From: Octopus sinensis
Taxonomy: Eukaryota
Assembly (NCBI RefSeq): GCF_006345805.1
Contig: NC_043016.1
Location: 14,446,001-14,510,000, forward strand
Reading direction: 5' to 3'
Length of the DNA: 64,000 nucleotides
Within the stretch, counting starts at the first letter, position 1. The number at the start of each line of letters is the position of its first letter. A model generated the notes under the pieces. It was given only the letters and a program-made list of their open reading frames with translations, did not search any database and had not been told where the DNA came from. Positions 13,814 through 25,480 of this stretch are shown here, piece by piece. The translations under genes were made by a program, and so were the position numbers.

Positions 13814-15659
13814 ATGCTGTCATAGACAATGGCATTTCAAAAAAAAAAAGCTGGTTTTCAATAAAAAAAATATGAGCATAAATACACATTCCATGTGTTT
13901 GATATAGTCTTCTTACGAAAACATTAGTATTGCCAGGCTAGGTTCTAATCAAAATTCATTTACCATAAGTGGTATATTTTGTCAGTAATCAGTATAGCAT
14001 GCATTCTTTAGTCATGTATAAATATCATTGTGATATGTTCTACATGATGTGGTGACAAATATATGCATACACTACAATATGCTAATTTTCTTCACTATAT
14101 ATTTTTAGTATTTTTCCTATGATTAATATTGTATAAAAAAGGTTTTGTATAAAATATATTACAGTTTCCATATCCTAAAATACATGTATGTATATGATAT
14201 ACATTGCATATATATTGTATTTTAACGTGTATAAGGAACCCCCTAATTTTGGGGGCTTAAAATTTGGAAAAAAGTTTTTGTAAGGGATTATAATATTATC
14301 CATGTATAAGAAACTCAACATATTTTTTAAACCAAACTTTTGACAAAAAGGGGTTCATTATACACATTAAAATACAATATATATATATATATATAACAGT
14401 TATTTTATTCCCCTTAGATAGAAATATAGGAAAAATAGAAGTTGAAAATGCACTGAAAATAGTTAAAATATGTATTAGTAATATATTTAAAACGTTAATC
14501 AGTTTCACAGTTTACACTGATTTTCAAACTGTGAAACTAGTTAAAGATTCAAAAATATTAATAAAAAATATTTTAACTGTTCTCAGTGCATTTTCAACTT
14601 CTATTTTTCCTATATATATATATATATATATACACACACATTGAACAATGTATCATACATTACTGAATATAATTTAGACATTCCTTTATTTAGTCATTTA
14701 ACCACATTAAACATTGTTTAATTAAGCAAATCTTTCATTACATTGCATTTTTTCTATGTACAACTTCAGGTTATTCTTATCTATGTGTAGCATAGATTCA
14801 GGTGTGGCTGTGTAGTAAGAAGTTTGCTTTCCAACCACACATGGTTCTGGTTTCAGTCCTAGTGCATGGCACATTGGGCAAGTGTTTTCTACTACTGTTC
14901 TGAACTGACCAAAGCCTTGTGAGTGGATTTGGTGGATGGAAACTAAAAGAAGCCCATTGTGTAATATATACATGTGTACATATATGCATGTGTGCATATA
15001 AGCATGTGTGCATATATACTGAAGGAACCTATGTGCATGTGAGCATATATATATGTGTGTGTGAGTTTGTGCACAACAAAGTTTACTGTAGAAGATAAGG
15101 ATAATAAATGTTGTCTATTTTTGTCCCCAGAAAGAGTTGAACCCACAACCTTCTTTGATAGTTCCAACGCTGAGGTACATGATAAAAGTTATGCAAACAA
15201 TAAGTGGAGCAGAAGATGTACATACACGTGGACCTGTGTTTGTCCCCCATCACTGCTTGACAGCTGGTGTTTGTGTGTTTATTTCCCTGTTGTTTATTGG
15301 TTCAGCGAAAAAGACCAATAGACTAAGTTCCCCATGCTTTTGTATGTGGTGGTGGGGGGCGGTCAATTCATTTGACTAAATATTCTCCAAGGCAGTGCCC
15401 CAGCATGGCCACAGTCTAATCACTGAAACAAGCAAAAACTAAAGGATAGGTTTGGATTTCTCTTTTAGAAAATTACAAACACTGAATTAATGTATAATCA
15501 TTGACACCCTTCTTCACACTTCCATGATAATTCCTATTATGGTAAATACTTCTATATCACTTTAACCATTCATGTTCATCTTACCCACATGTCTTTTTTT
15601 ATGCCAAATTATGTTTAAATAATTATTTTCTCTGCTGATGGTTCACAATTTATTTTTAG

Positions 15660-15851
15660 GCTAGTGATGCTTATCATTTTTTCACAAGTGGTCAAAGTAA
15701 AATTCAGCAAGGACTTTTAAGAGAAGGATATGATTTAATTAGTGAAGCACTAAACCTGTTAAATAACGTCTACGGTGCAATGCATCCAGACATTGCTGCT
15801 TGCCTACGGTTACTTGCACGACTCAACTATATCATGGGAGAGTATTCTGAG
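15660..15851 (+). CDS. CLUH: CLUH exon ([18 protein letters not shown]...[28 protein letters not shown])
   Basis: TTTTAG acceptor, GTTAGT donor; first TPRs. Confidence 0.96.
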
Positions 15852-16231
15852 GTTAGTGCTGAATTTCTTTTCATCTTTACATATTTTTTCCTCTCTACAG
15901 GTGTGTTTAAGAAAAACTTTCATCTCTTTTAGCTTGTGTACTTTGTTTCTTTCTTTTTTTTTTGCATTTCCATAAACCCAAACTTTTAATTGAAAAAGAT
16001 TAACAATGTGATAAGTTTCTAAAACAAAACAATCTGAAAACATTGATATTTATGGCATAAGATTGATCGTTTTTCACTACTGCAGACACCAGGAGTAATA
16101 TCTGTCATTTATCACAAAATAAAGGCAATGCTCTCAGAAACGTGAAAACCATTATCAGAACTAAACTGTTAACACCTTAGTGTGTGTGTGTAATTTTTGT
16201 AAAAATGTTATGCAAAGTCATAAACAGGAAC

Positions 16232-16271
<40 letters not shown>

Positions 16272-17287
16272 TTCTCTCACACACACACAGTCTAGTGGTT
16301 AGTATTGAACTCTTGATCATGAGATTGTGGTTTTGATTCCCAAACCAGTGGTATGATGTGTCCTTAAAAGATTTCACTTCACATTGCTCTATTCCTGTGG
16401 ACCTCTTTTATTTAAACGAGTTTTCCCCGCAGAACCCAGGATATTAAAAGGTCTATCAGCTTAACGTGTTCACAGACCACAGGCTGGGAACCACTGATCT
16501 AGTCCATCATCATTTAACATTGCCCATGCTGTCATGGGTTGGATGGTTTGACCAAAGCTGGAGAGCTGCACCAGGCTCCAGTCACCTGCTTTGGCATGGT
16601 TTCTACAGCTGGATGCTCTTCCTAACACCAACCCTATAACAGGGTGCTGGGTGTCTTTTATGTGGCACCACATGAGTATTTACACGTAGCACTGCATAGG
16701 GGCTTCTATGTAGTACCACCATCAGTGGTTTACACCATCAGAAGGATTAGTCTTAACACTTCTGCTGTACAACCCTGCAATGGACTAGTGTTTCGTTCAG
16801 GGAAAATGTTACCCTGCCCACCTAGCTGGCTTGGTGACACCATTTGAAAGCTGAAACAATGTGAGGAAGTATGTTGTGATCAGCAGTATATACCATCTGA
16901 AAGCCTGGTCAATACAATGATATACCACACACACACACGCATGCACACAGGCAGGCAGGTCTCGATTTGTTATCAGCAACCATTTTTCTTGCATGAGTTA
17001 TCTTATCAAATTGCTGCAATACTTTAGTTATGAAGTATCTCTGGTTTAAGATATTTAAGTGATTAATATTGTGAATGTCACTCAATTTTTACATATATAT
17101 ATACAAAGTTAATCTAATTTTAGTCTTTAAAGATTTTTTTTTTACCTTTATATGGGGAAATAAAAAATCTAAAAATGAAAGGACATATTTTCTACTTAAT
17201 GAATTGTTGAACCGCTTTAATTTCATCTATTAATTGCTATTATTACCATTTGTAATTTACTTTTGAATTTTTTTTCTATTTTTAAAG

Positions 17288-17368
17288 GCTCTTTCCTATC
17301 AACAAAGGGCAGTTCTTATGAGTGAAAGAGTATTAGGCATTGATAACGCTAATACCATCACAGAATAC
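17288..17368 (+). CDS. CLUH: CLUH exon (ALSYQQRAVLMSERVLGIDNANTITEY)
   Basis: AAG acceptor, GTGAGT donor; TPR. Confidence 0.95.
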
Positions 17369-18370
17369 GTGAGTCTGATTTTACTGTTTAATAAAACATT
17401 TTGTAACTTAATATAAATATGCAGGTGGTTATCTGTAATTGTGTTGGCTAAAACAGCATAATTAGTAATTTGTTTAATTGACAAGATCTTTACAAAAATT
17501 TATCTTAATATTCCATCATTTAGGACTCTTATGTACCACTTAACCTAGTCCATCCATCCTTCCATCTTTTCTGCCCACTTGGGATCATTGTTTGGGTAGT
17601 GTTCTCAGGCACCCCCTTCATAGGGTCCGATCAGAAACAACCATCATTAGACATTCCAGGTGGATTCCCATGTATCGCCAATTGAGACCATGGATATTAT
17701 CCCAACATCTCGTTCTTGGCCTACCCTTTAGGTCTCTTGCTGGTTGGCTCAAAAATGATGGCTAATTGGAGTATTTTATATATAAAGAACATAATAATCA
17801 CAGATACAAACATTTACATACTTCCCTCATACACACACACATACACATACACAATTGAAATCCTGTTTGATTTTTCTTTTCAGTGTTGAATGTTCACCAT
17901 CCCACTTCCAGTGCACGCACACACACACAAACATTCACATGACTCCCTTTTACATACATACACATATGCTCTCACACACAGTTGAAAAGCTGTTTGATTT
18001 TTTTTTTTTCACCATAGAACTTCCATCTTCCCACTACCAAGTTTGCCATCACCCCTTCCTTCCTTCCTTATCCATCTATCACCCCTTCCTTTCTCATTCA
18101 TATGTTGTGATAGAAGAAAACACAATTGTATTATTATATCTCATTTTATGAGATTGATTTTGATAAATCCTGAGCAAATTTAACGTAGTGGGTGGGGGTG
18201 GGGTCAACAAGTTAAGATATTCTTGTTGGCTGCAAGAACACTCACCTTAAGTAATACATTGTTTTTATTTTCCCCCTTTTTAACTGGATCTGTTTTTTTC
18301 TACAGACACACTAAATACTCACGTTTCCTAAATACTTCCATTCATTTCTTTCTTTTAATGTTTTATTCAG

Positions 18371-18496
18371 GCCCACCTTGCTCTTTATTGTTTTGCCAAC
18401 AATCAAATAGCAAATGCCTTAAAGTTGATCTATCGAGCGAGATATTTAGCTTTAATATGTCATGGTGAAAATCATCCTGAAGTGGCCTTATTTGAT
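18371..18496 (+). CDS. CLUH: CLUH exon ([26 protein letters not shown]...[12 protein letters not shown])
   Basis: TTCAG acceptor, GTAAGT donor; TPR. Confidence 0.95.
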
Positions 18497-18522
18497 GTAA
18501 GTATTCTCGTTTGCTCAAACTT

Positions 18523-19001
18523 TTAACCCTTTCGTTACTGTATTTTAAAAACAAGACATTTGTACTACAGAGCTCAATTTCAGCTGGGTTGTTATCTAAA
18601 GGGTTAAGAATTGTTTCTCTATAATATATCTTAACCCTTTTGTTACCATATTTCTGTTGAGATGCTCTGTTTCTTTCAATTAATTTCAAATATAACAAAG
18701 AATTTAGTAAAATAACTTAGTTATCATTAAGCTAGTGTTAGGAACATAAATTGTGACTAAGGTTTGGTGGAAGATTTTAATTCAAAACTTATGAAAAACA
18801 AGACATTTGTACTCAGAGCCAGAGGTAGTTTCAGGTGGGTTGGTATCAAAAGGGTTAAGAATTGTTTCTCTATTATATATTTTAACCCTTTTGTTACCAT
18901 ATTTCTGTTGAGATGCTCTGTGTTTCAATTAATTTTAAATATAACAAAGAATTTAGTAAAATAACTTAGTTATTAAGCTGGGTTGGTAACGAAAGAGTTA
19001 A
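18523..19001. mobile_element. Three tandem TTAA-flanked piggyBac-type MITEs
   Basis: TTAACCCTTT...AAAGGGTTAA units at 18523-18607, 18631-18858 and 18882-19001. Confidence 0.8.
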
Positions 19002-19414
19002 TGTCTGTCTTGAAAAAAAAACCAATTAAATTTACATATTTTTTATAATATTTTTCATTTTACTCACTTATACAAGAAATAACCAATTGGCTGATGCTAA
19101 GGATTATTGGGAATTGTCCCTAAAATTTTAGCTTATAAAATAGTCCATTGCCCAGACCTAGTATTGAAATCTTGAAGCTACAAGATAATGCAGGATTAAT
19201 TCAAAACAATGTAAATAAATAATCTTTACATTTGACAGGGTTTTATGGGTTCCTAGCCATCAACTTTTTTCTCTGAAGAAAGCTGGGGACTCACTACACA
19301 TAAGTTGATCATCTTATATGTTTTTGATTGAGTTGTTGTATCACTTCATATTTAGATGCAAAAAGGCTAATGTTTGGAAAGCAATAAAAAAAAAACATTT
19401 ATCTTATTTTACAG

Positions 19415-19500
19415 AGCAATATTGGTTTGATTTTACATGCTGCCGAAGAGTATGATCTATCCTTACGGTTCTTAGAAAAAGCTTTAGAACTGAATATTAA
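19415..19500 (+). CDS. CLUH: CLUH exon ([29 protein letters not shown])
   Basis: ACAG acceptor, GTAAGT donor, phase 0/2. Confidence 0.95.
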
Positions 19501-19606
19501 GTAAGTATTCCTACAAAGTAATAATTAATAAATCACTTCTTTTTTTTTTTGATAAATTGCAATAATAATTCTGTTTAACTGATAATATTCTTTATGTATA
19601 CATATA

Positions 19607-19783
19607 GGCGCAGGCGTGGCTGTGTGGTAAGAAGCTTGCTTCTCAACCACATGGTTCTGGGTTCAGTCCCATTGTGTCACACTTCAGGCAAGTGTCTTCT
19701 ACTATAGCCTTGGGCTGACCGAAACCTTGTGAGTGGATTTGTCAGACAGAAGCTGAAAGAAGCCTGTCATACATATGTATGTG

Positions 19784-19858
<75 letters not shown>

Positions 19859-20050
19859 CATATACATATGAGTTTCTGTCTTTGTCCCCCCACATCGCTT
19901 GACAACTGATGTTGGTGTATTTACTTCCCAGTAACTTAGCAGTTCAGCAAAATAGACTGATAGAATAAGTCCTAGGGTTGATTTGTTTGACTAAAGGTGG
20001 TGCTCCAACATGGCCACAGTCAAATAGCTGAAACAAATAAAAGAGTAGTA
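19607..20050 (+). mobile_element. tRNA-derived SINE, family A (other copies ~5120-5357-, 14800-15445+, 22247-22648-, 39460-39810-, 41535-41903-, 43900-44245-, 51990-52495+)
   Basis: A-box TGGCTGTGTGG, B-box GGGTTCAGTCCC, internal (TA)/(TG) microsatellite, shared 3' part in all copies. Confidence 0.9.
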
Positions 20051-20749
20051 AAGAGTACACAAATGCTAGGTGCCATATGTTAGTAGCGGAAAGTACCTGT
20101 GACAAAAATGCTTTCACTCTGATGACGAGTGCTGTTACAACATCTTTATCATCATTTAATGTCCCTCTTCTATGCTGGCATGGTTGGACAGTTTTATTGT
20201 ATAACATTCAACAGTTACCTTTTCTTTAAATTCTTTCAAAAATAGAGACTTCTTTGTTCTAATCATGGAACATATCCCAGCCTCAGTCATAACCAAGTAT
20301 CCCTATTATTTAGCTGTTCTTTTAGCCATTTGATAATGTTTCCTAATACCATTTTCCAAGCCAGTCTCTTAGCTTTTACTTCCCCCCACCATCGACTTTC
20401 TCTTTCCATCACCACATCACTTTCAGTTTGGTTGAGACTTTACTCAAGCCACCTCTCTCTGATCTCTAGCCCTAAGCAGGTTATTAATAGAAATTCCCAG
20501 TATCTAAGTTTTCCTCCCTACAGTCATATATATCAATTAACATTTCTCTAAATTTATTCCCAACTGGTGGATCTTTTAGTTTCTATATCTTCTCTATGTT
20601 GTCTTTTGCTAAGATAAATGACTTTGAAATAATAAATAATATATCTGTAATATATCAATAGGAAGTATATTAAAATAATGCTTTTCTTTAAGCATAATAT
20701 GAACATATTATTCGTACATTAAGTCATCACCTTTTTTTTGTTAATTTAG

Positions 20750-20879
20750 ATTTTATGGTGCAAAAAGTTTGAAAGTTGCGATGGGTCACCATTTAGTTGC
20801 TCGAACACGCTCTTGTAGAAGTGATTTTAGATCTGCTCTACAGAGTGAAAAAGAAGCCTATGCAATTTATAAACAAGTT
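20750..20879 (+). CDS. CLUH: CLUH exon (FYGAKSLKVAMGHHLVARTRSCRSDFRSALQSEKEAYAIYKQV)
   Basis: TTTAG acceptor, GTAAGT donor, phase 2/0. Confidence 0.95.
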
Positions 20880-21167
20880 GTAAGTATATAATCTTGATAG
20901 TATATTTAGAAGTTTTTTTTTTAAATAATGAACAATTTTAGCTGTCAATGTATTTGTTTGAAGTTTCGATGGTCTAGCGAATGTCTTAAACTACTTGACA
21001 TAATAAAATAACCAAACAATTGAGTGTAAACTATTCCATATATATTAGCCTGCACTTAAATGAATTTTTAATTGGATCCCTATCACGAGTAACAACATTG
21101 GATATGTGTTGTCTTATTTGACCTCATCAGCAAATTTGACTAATATTTTTTTTTTTTTAATTTAAAG

Positions 21168-21302
21168 CTTGGTGAGGAACACGAGAGAACCAAAGAAAGT
21201 TCTGAATGTTTAAAACATTTGACTCAACAAGCTGTAGTTTTTCAAAAGAAAATGAATGAAATCTGCAAAGGAGAAAAAAGCATAAATTTTGCTCCTCTTC
21301 AG
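21168..21302 (+). CDS. CLUH: CLUH exon (LGEEHERTKESSECLKHLTQQAVVFQKKMNEI...FAPLQ)
   Basis: AAG acceptor, GTGAGT donor; LGE.HE.TKESS motif. Confidence 0.95.
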
Positions 21303-21864
21303 GTGAGTGTCAATATTCTTCCTCTTCAAGAAGTCATTTCAATCTTTTCAACTAGAAAATATTCTATTAGCTACTCTTAGATTATTTACTACGAAGATTT
21401 TTTTTTTTAACTCTTTGGCATTTGAACCAGCCATATCCAGTCCAAATATGTCATTCTATAAAATAAACAATCACATCATTGAAATCTCAAAGCTATGAGA
21501 TAATGCATGGTTAATTCAAAACAATATGACTGAGTAATCCAGATGCTAATGGATTAATTCTATGAATTATGTAAAACATATCTGCTAAAATAACTTATTG
21601 GCAAGAATATCTTGCCCAATGGTTATGGATTTTATGATTGTCTTTAACATAACATTCTAGGGTAGGTGCAAGAGGTAAGATGTAGCAAGTTTGAACATAA
21701 AATAGGTGAAGCATTTCGGCTGGATATAGCTGGTTTAAATACTAAGAGGATTAAAAAGTTCAGATTAATGCAAAATTCTGAAATTCAAAACAAGCTAATC
21801 ATTCTTTTGATTATTTTAGCAGTTTCATAATTTTTTTCAATTATTTCTATCATTTATTTTGCAG

Positions 21865-21938
21865 ATACAGACTCCATCTATTCAGAGTGTTCTTGACACT
21901 TTAAATGTCATTAATGGTATTGTGTTTGTCCAAATAAG
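21865..21938 (+). CDS. CLUH: CLUH exon (IQTPSIQSVLDTLNVINGIVFVQIS)
   Basis: GCAG acceptor, GTAAGA donor; LN.INGI motif. Confidence 0.93.
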
Positions 21939-23294
21939 GTAAGAAACTATTTTAAAACTTACAACTGCTTAGAGAAATTTTAGTCCTAATTCTGAATGTA
22001 TCAGCTGGGAATTATTTATAGTTAATTTTTCTAGCTTGCTGTTAGAAGGCACAAACTCTTCAATATATTCTCAGCATCTTACTTTAATTCCAAAATCTAC
22101 AGTATACACCAAAATAAAGAAAGAATGGCCAGTTAAAACTGGTAAAATGTTGGGATTTTTTCCTCTACACACATATTGTATATGTATAGAGTATTGGCCT
22201 GTGGAGATAAGACATGCATCTGCTCTCACAGAACTCTGAGAGGACCTACTCTCTTTTACTTGTTTCAGTCATTTGACTGTGGCCATGCTGGAGCACCGCC
22301 TTTAGTCGAGCAAATCGACCCCGGGACTTATTCTTTGTAAGCCCAGTACTTATTCTATCGGTCTCTTTTGCCGAACCGCTAAGTGACAGGGATGTAAACA
22401 CACCAGCATCGGTTGTCAAGCAATGCTAGGGGGACAAACACAAACACACACACATATATACATATATATACATATACATATATACGACAGGCTTCTTTCA
22501 GTTTCCGTCTACCAAATCCACTCACAAGGCATTGGTCGGCCCGGGGCTATAGCAGAAGACACTTGCCCAAGATGCCACGCAGTGGGACTGAACCCGGAAC
22601 CATGTGGTTGGTTAGCAAGCTACTTACCACACAGCCACTCCTGCGCCTATATTGTGTATTTTCTTCTTCTCCACCTTGCTGCTGCTGCATAATGGTTGGA
22701 TCATTAGCATGTTGGGCAAAATGCTTTGCACCATTTCGTCTATCTTTATGGTTCCATACGCAAATGCCACTGGGGTCAACTTTCATTCTTTCAGGGTTGA
22801 TAAAATAAGTATCTGTTAAACACAACTTACCCACCTCTAAAACTGCTGGCCTTGTGCCAAAATTTGAATCCTTTGAAGGTGCCTCAGACAAAATGCTTAG
22901 CGCCACTTCATCTGTCTTTGTGTTCTGGGTTCAAATGTCACTGAGTCAACTTTACCGTTCATCCTTTTGAGATTAATAAAATAAATACCTGTCAAGTACT
23001 GGATTCAGTGTAATAAACTTATCCTTTGCCTTGTGCAAAAATTGTTGGGCTTGTGCAAAAATTTTAAACCATTATTATTTAGTGCCCACATTAGTGCTAT
23101 TTTTATTATTTAATGTCCATGTTCCATGCTAGCATGGATACAGTTGGTATGGCTATTCAAGGAACTGATAAAATAGCTTCAAAAACTCAGGCTTAGCTTG
23201 CTTGACCTTTAATTTCTAATTGTATAATTCTCAGGTAACTTATTCAGGTGAATCTGATTTGTTTTTTCGTTTTTTGTATACTTTTTTTAATCAG

Positions 23295-23511
23295 CCCTGA
23301 AGATATTGAACGCTTCCGGTTAGAAATGTTGAAACGTTCTCAACTTGGTACAAATGCTGATTCCAGTGAATTACTTAAAAATGGTGTAGCAGAGGACTTA
23401 GAATCAGGTAATGAAGTGAAAAAAGAAAAATCTGAAGATATAACTGGACTTACAAATGGAAATCTAGATTGTTCACATTTGACAAAAGAAGTTCTGATAA
23501 CAGAAGGATGA
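23295..23511 (+). CDS. CLUH: CLUH terminal coding exon (PEDIERFRLEMLKRSQ...LITEG*)
   Basis: TCAG acceptor in phase 2, open to TGA; followed by AU-rich UTR-like sequence. Confidence 0.88.
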
Positions 23512-24349
23512 TACAACTTAAAATATTTCACAATTATTTAATTGTTCTAATCAACCCATGAACTGAAATCTAAATCTTGTCTCTAATTCATGGTTTAATT
23601 TAGTTTTTTATTGGTTTTCTTTAGATTTTGGAATGTGTTAAAAAAAATTTTTAAACACCTGTTTAACATTAAGAAACATTGAGATATTGATTTCTAATTA
23701 TGTTCAAAAATTATTATTTATTGATGAAAGGACAAAGATTTTTTTTTAAAAAGCCGATGATTCCAAAGTGAAATCGAAAATATATTTTCAATTTTGTATA
23801 TTTTGTGAAAAAGAAAATTCTGTTTTTGTATGTTATTAAGTTTTATATTATTGCATTTTTAATTATTTGAATACCTGTTTGCATGCAAATATTTTTTAAT
23901 GAGGAATGTTTGTTAAAATTAATTGATTAATTAATTTGGTTTATCATTGTAAGCATAGGTATGGCTGTGTGCTTAAGAAGCTTGCTTCCCTACCATGCAG
24001 TTATGGGTTCAGTTCCACTGTGTGACACCTTGGGCTAGTGTCTGCTGCTATAACCTCAAGCCAACCAAAGCTTTGGTAGATGGAAACTGAGAGAAACCCT
24101 TCATACATAAGTGTGCATGTATGTTTGTGTTTCCTTGTCTTGACCCCATGTTATGGTTATAAATGAGCATCGCTATCATTCAAGCAATGTTGATTGTTTC
24201 TGGTCTTCCATGTCTGGCCAAATGAAATATTACCTTATTTGGAAACAGGTAATGGTTGGTGACAAGAAGTGCCAAAATCTGCTTCAATGAATTCTTTCTG
24301 ACCTATGCAAGCATGGGAGAAATGGACATCCAAATGATAATAATGATGA

Positions 24350-25480
24350 CTATCATCATTATCATCACCATAATCATTCTTACGTCTGCTTTTCTATGCT
24401 GGCATGAGTTGCACAACTGGTTTCCAACACAGCATCTTGCTAGTTGTTGTGTTTCCCTTGTCATCTCTTTTAGAGGTGCAGCTCTGAGATTAGTTTTCAC
24501 TACATTTGCTCAGGTCTTCCTTTCTCTTCCTCTTCCACAGTTTTCTTCCACTTTGATATTCCGGCACTTCTTTATCCATCTGTTATTTTCCATATTCTTT
24601 ATGTACCTGTACCAACATATTCTTTGTTTTTACTGCAACTAGTACCTCTTATACTTTAGCTCTCAGCCCATCTCTTACAATGTTGTTCATGAAACACTAA
24701 CACAACACATCCTTCAGACCATGAGTGCTTTATTTCTCTCAAAGCTTTACACATCTTTTTCTGGTCGCTGCCCACATCTCCCTGCTCTGCATCTTTGCAT
24801 CTAGTACACAAGCAATTTACAATCTGTTATTTGGAGAAGAGAGAATCCCTTCATTGCCAGCAGAAGTAACAGCTCCCCAAGCACCCTCTTCCACAGTCTA
24901 TTAGGTTGCCTAGGTAACAGAAGCAATCAATTTATTTCTATAGAATCTTGCAAACATTAAAAAGCAGTTAGTTTAGTTGTATTACAACTGCTAACTTGTT
25001 TTACATCTTTCACACACAGTCCTGTGATTCCAATACCCAGCAATTTTTGCAGTCAATTTTCTGATAGCAATAAACCTGCCTTCTTTTCTACTTTCTAAAA
25101 CTTTGACTTTTGCCAAGTTTGCTGTGAGGCCTTTTAATTCTAGGTTTTGCTTTCACATCTGAAATTTCTTTCACAAGTCTTTCACAGACCCTCTTTTGAG
25201 GTTTGTAGGAGTTTCCATGGACAGCCTTATTTTGAACACCTGTTTTTGCTTGAGGAATCATAATAAATAGGAGTGATATAACAACTGAGCTTTGCCAAAC
25301 GCCTACTTGCACATCAAATTCTTCATTGCCAACTCTCACTTTGCTGATGATATTGCTCTACATGACTTGTACTGTTCTCATTTTTGCCTAATATATAGTT
25401 GTCCCACAATGAAGAGAATATCACTAGTATTATGGCTCAGCACAAATCCAAACCACATCTCGTCAAAGCTGATTCTCTTC
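24350..25480 (-). mobile_element. Highly decayed RTE LINE fragment
   Basis: RVGNEEFDVQVGVWQSSVVISLLFIMI matches the RT of the 46.4-kb copy. Confidence 0.75.

Larger units (their letters stand above)
546..23511 (+). other. CLUH: CLUH (clustered mitochondria / clueless) gene, 3' part: 18 coding exons, 5' end outside window
   Basis: Manually spliced exons are all AG/GT bounded and phase-compatible. They give one open frame with family motifs [55 protein letters not shown] and HGENHPEVA, ending in TGA at 23509-23511. Confidence 0.95.

Noticed and set aside
546-23511. U12-type or non-canonical introns in CLUH
   Set aside because: All 17 introns are GT-AG and none has the GTATCCT donor.
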